From NCBI GenBank assembly GCA_051362555.1, contig CM120640.1, forward strand, positions 1,674,001 through 1,738,000: a stretch of DNA of 64,000 bases, given 5' to 3'. The notes under the pieces are model-generated. The model searched no databases. It had not been told where the DNA came from and saw only the letters and a program-made list of their open reading frames with translations. This stretch comes from Lingula anatina (Eukaryota > Animalia > Brachiopoda). Positions 61,601 to 64,000 of this stretch are shown piece after piece. Both the position numbers and the translations under genes were made by a program. The number at the start of each line of letters is the position of its first letter. Position 1 is the stretch's first letter.

Positions 61601-63542
61601 AAGGGGAACTGTCGTGTATTTTGTTTGAAGAAGATAGGGCAAGATTTATCGATTTTATTTTCATGGGAAGAAGCGAAGCAGGAAAAAGAAAAAAGAGAGA
61701 TTTGTTGACAAATTATGTTGCGAATTGCCTGTTTTGATTGTCGGCTCTTTGATATAATTTATCTCATTTTATTTTATTGTAAGGGGGTTTTTGCAACACA
61801 TCTCCATATCAAACATCGGGGTTCGTTTTGTACAGCAGGTCTAGCTCTCTCAATTCTATAGACTAGATCGAAAAAAAAACATTAAAATAAATTAATATTA
61901 TATCGAAGTGAAAACGCCCAAATTTGAAAATTTCTATATCTTCCTGTTTCAGGAGAGGTCCCTGCCGTGGACTTCGAGACCAAGATGTACCCTGAGAGTA
62001 TGGACGTCCTGGAGCACCACATGAAGCCGATACGGAGCGTCCCCGGGGTCGTCCTGGAGCAGTCCTATCTTAACAAGATGGCTGACGGATTGAAACCTTT
62101 CGGCATCCTGGCCACCATGAATGGTAAGATGTTGTGCCGTTTGATTTGGCTCTGGTTTTTAATTTTTATTTTATTTCGTGTGTTATATAACCAAGTTGTA
62201 GAAAATGGGCAAGCCTTTTTCGATTTTATCAAGAGATGTTTTGTCTTGGTGAGTGTGGGAAGGGATTTTTTATTTCTTACTCCTATTTTTCATCTAGAAG
62301 AAAGTTGGGCAAAATGACGCAAATCATGAAATCTAAGACTGTGTGATTTTTCATCATTGACCCCTGAAAAAATAACGGTTATTTTGATCAAAAAGTCGAG
62401 CATACACGCGGCAATATGATAGTTGTTCTAGGAATAATAAAAAGCAAAATGTCATGAGGGCTGTTGTCAATTACGATAAACGTGCTTTTGTTACCAAAGT
62501 GATGAGTAATTGATTTCTAGTTTTTGGAAATGAAACAAAATGACGCAAATAATTTTCATAACAATAACAGACAATGGTGTAGATCTCGCTAAGCAAAATA
62601 GGGTATAAAAGTACACTATATATTTGATACCATAATGATGATGACAAGTTTATGTTAGGCAATTGCGGGTTTCAAAAAAAGTGCGCGATTATTTTAAAGG
62701 GAACTTAAAGCTGGGCAATAAACAAGAGTCACAAATTGCCATTTTATTGTTCGAAATAGTTCGGTTAAGCCAGAAATCAGTTAAAAGGCTGCATATGCAA
62801 CAGTGTACTAACTAAACCGAGGGTCAAATATGGCGACCCACTTCAAAGCTTGCCGTCTAATCCGCTTATAGACACTAAATAGATTCCCCGTGGGGAAGTG
62901 TTGAAGTGGGTAGGGCCATATTTGACCCTCGGACTAGTTAGTTCCCTTCTCTGAATGGGGCCTTTTGTTAGCTGCTATTGAACTGGAAGGTATGGGTAGT
63001 GCTGACCGTGCCTGAATACAGTAATATTTTGTATAATTTTAGGAACAGTTGAACCGATGGTCCGTAACGACGAGGAACCCAAAGTCTTCATCAGCTTCCA
63101 GTGGGATATGCAATCGAGGGTGGAGGATATTCGGCGAATACTGGAAGCCAACGACTTCCCCTGCTGGGTGGATATCAGCCCGACGCTCACCCAGCGAGGC
63201 AACAGCGGGGTCAGCAATCGCGGCGTCCACGGGACAGACTCCGGGGAGACGCTGCAAAGTCAGATTCAGCGGAATATGAAGGCGGCCTCCGTCGTGCTGT
63301 GTTGTATTACACCAAAATATATGCAGAGTGACAACTGCGTTAAAGATCTGACGCTAGCCGAGACTCTCCACAAAACCGTTATTCCTGTCATGTTGCGGTT
63401 TTGCCCGTGGCCGCCAGAGGGCGCACCGCCTCAGGTGCGCAAAATCTTGGTACGTTTAAGTCCCATAGACCTTAGCAACGAGAGGCTGTTTAAACAAAAT
63501 GTCCGTATTGTGGTGGATCGTGTGAGTAAATCCATTAAGTGA
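55613..63542 (+). CDS. TIR-SAM-TIR-TIR protein with acidic disordered N-terminus (~815 aa)
   Basis: join(55613..57160,59746..59974,61953..62123,63043..63542), phases 0,1,1, total 2448 nt. TIR1 IFISYS/IWFDK/CYE; SAM WSASDLQEWLFTLGIKEFYRQSFAENLVDGFLL; TIR2 VYLVYD/VFHEVLFADWLGK; TIR3 VFISFQW/CWVDI/ITPKYMQSDNCVKD/VIPV. Confidence 0.9.
60083..60310 (+). mobile_element. Short Helitron/HINE (DINE-1-like) non-autonomous element
   Basis: GATCCAGATCACCACCAAAA...GAAAATTTCATCAAAAT...ACTTTTTGAGTT core followed by a (GACA)(CAAA)n microsatellite and GGTGAAAA, a layout I recognise from this class. Confidence 0.55.
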
Positions 63543-64000
63543 TCAAAAGCGTTCATTCCGTGAAATTAAACGAGACTGTGAGTCACTTACATTTTCATTA
63601 AATGTGACATCGCTTTAGAAAATTCGGATACTGTGCCAGGATGTTTCGTTTCCTCGTCAAGTTGATTTTGGTTTGTCCCCAACTGTAGACAGAACAAAAT
63701 TGATTTCTCATATGTGATACAGGTTTGCGTTAGCACAATCTCCGGACTACGTCCTGTTTGGGACTGATAACAATATTGTAATAGTTAATTAACACCCCAT
63801 TATTTTATTTCAAGCTGCGTTTTGTGAAACGCTGCCATTCCCTACTTAATAGATAAACAAGTGACATGAACTCCAAGTTCTAAAGAACTACTTAACGGTT
63901 CATATCAAATCACAGAAAATGCATCTAGGACTAATGAGGTATTATGCAAATTGAATTATTTGTAAGCTCAAGACTTACTTGTCATTTTAGAGCGCTTTGT

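Overview
AT-rich, intron-containing animal (probably marine invertebrate) genomic DNA. Left end: a 5'-truncated DIRS1-type tyrosine-recombinase retrotransposon (~2100-9086). Its recombinase gene is split by a PIF/Harbinger-type non-autonomous element (2818-7688, CTG TSD), which is itself split by an apparently intact hAT transposon with 5-bp TSD (3850-7558). The main finding is a tandem pair of unusual ROCO genes in which a ~345-aa multi-pass transmembrane block sits inside the Roc GTPase domain, between switch I (G2) and the G3 motif. Gene 1 (11502-28575; 10 coding exons that join in frame by my reading, ~1989 aa) reads Roc[TM block]-COR-CARD-ZU5-UPA-Q/P repeats-Death domain-CARD. Gene 2 (35177-40789) is a diverged paralog, Roc[TM block]-COR-CARD, with one frameshift and a stop just before the shared splice donor. 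Further right are an HMBOX1-like HNF-class homeobox gene (minus strand, 45685-50620) and a head-to-head TIR-SAM-TIR-TIR gene (55613-63542). The rest is MITEs, LINE fragments, Helitron/HINE-like repeats and local duplications. All domain calls come from motif recognition by eye; no searches were run.
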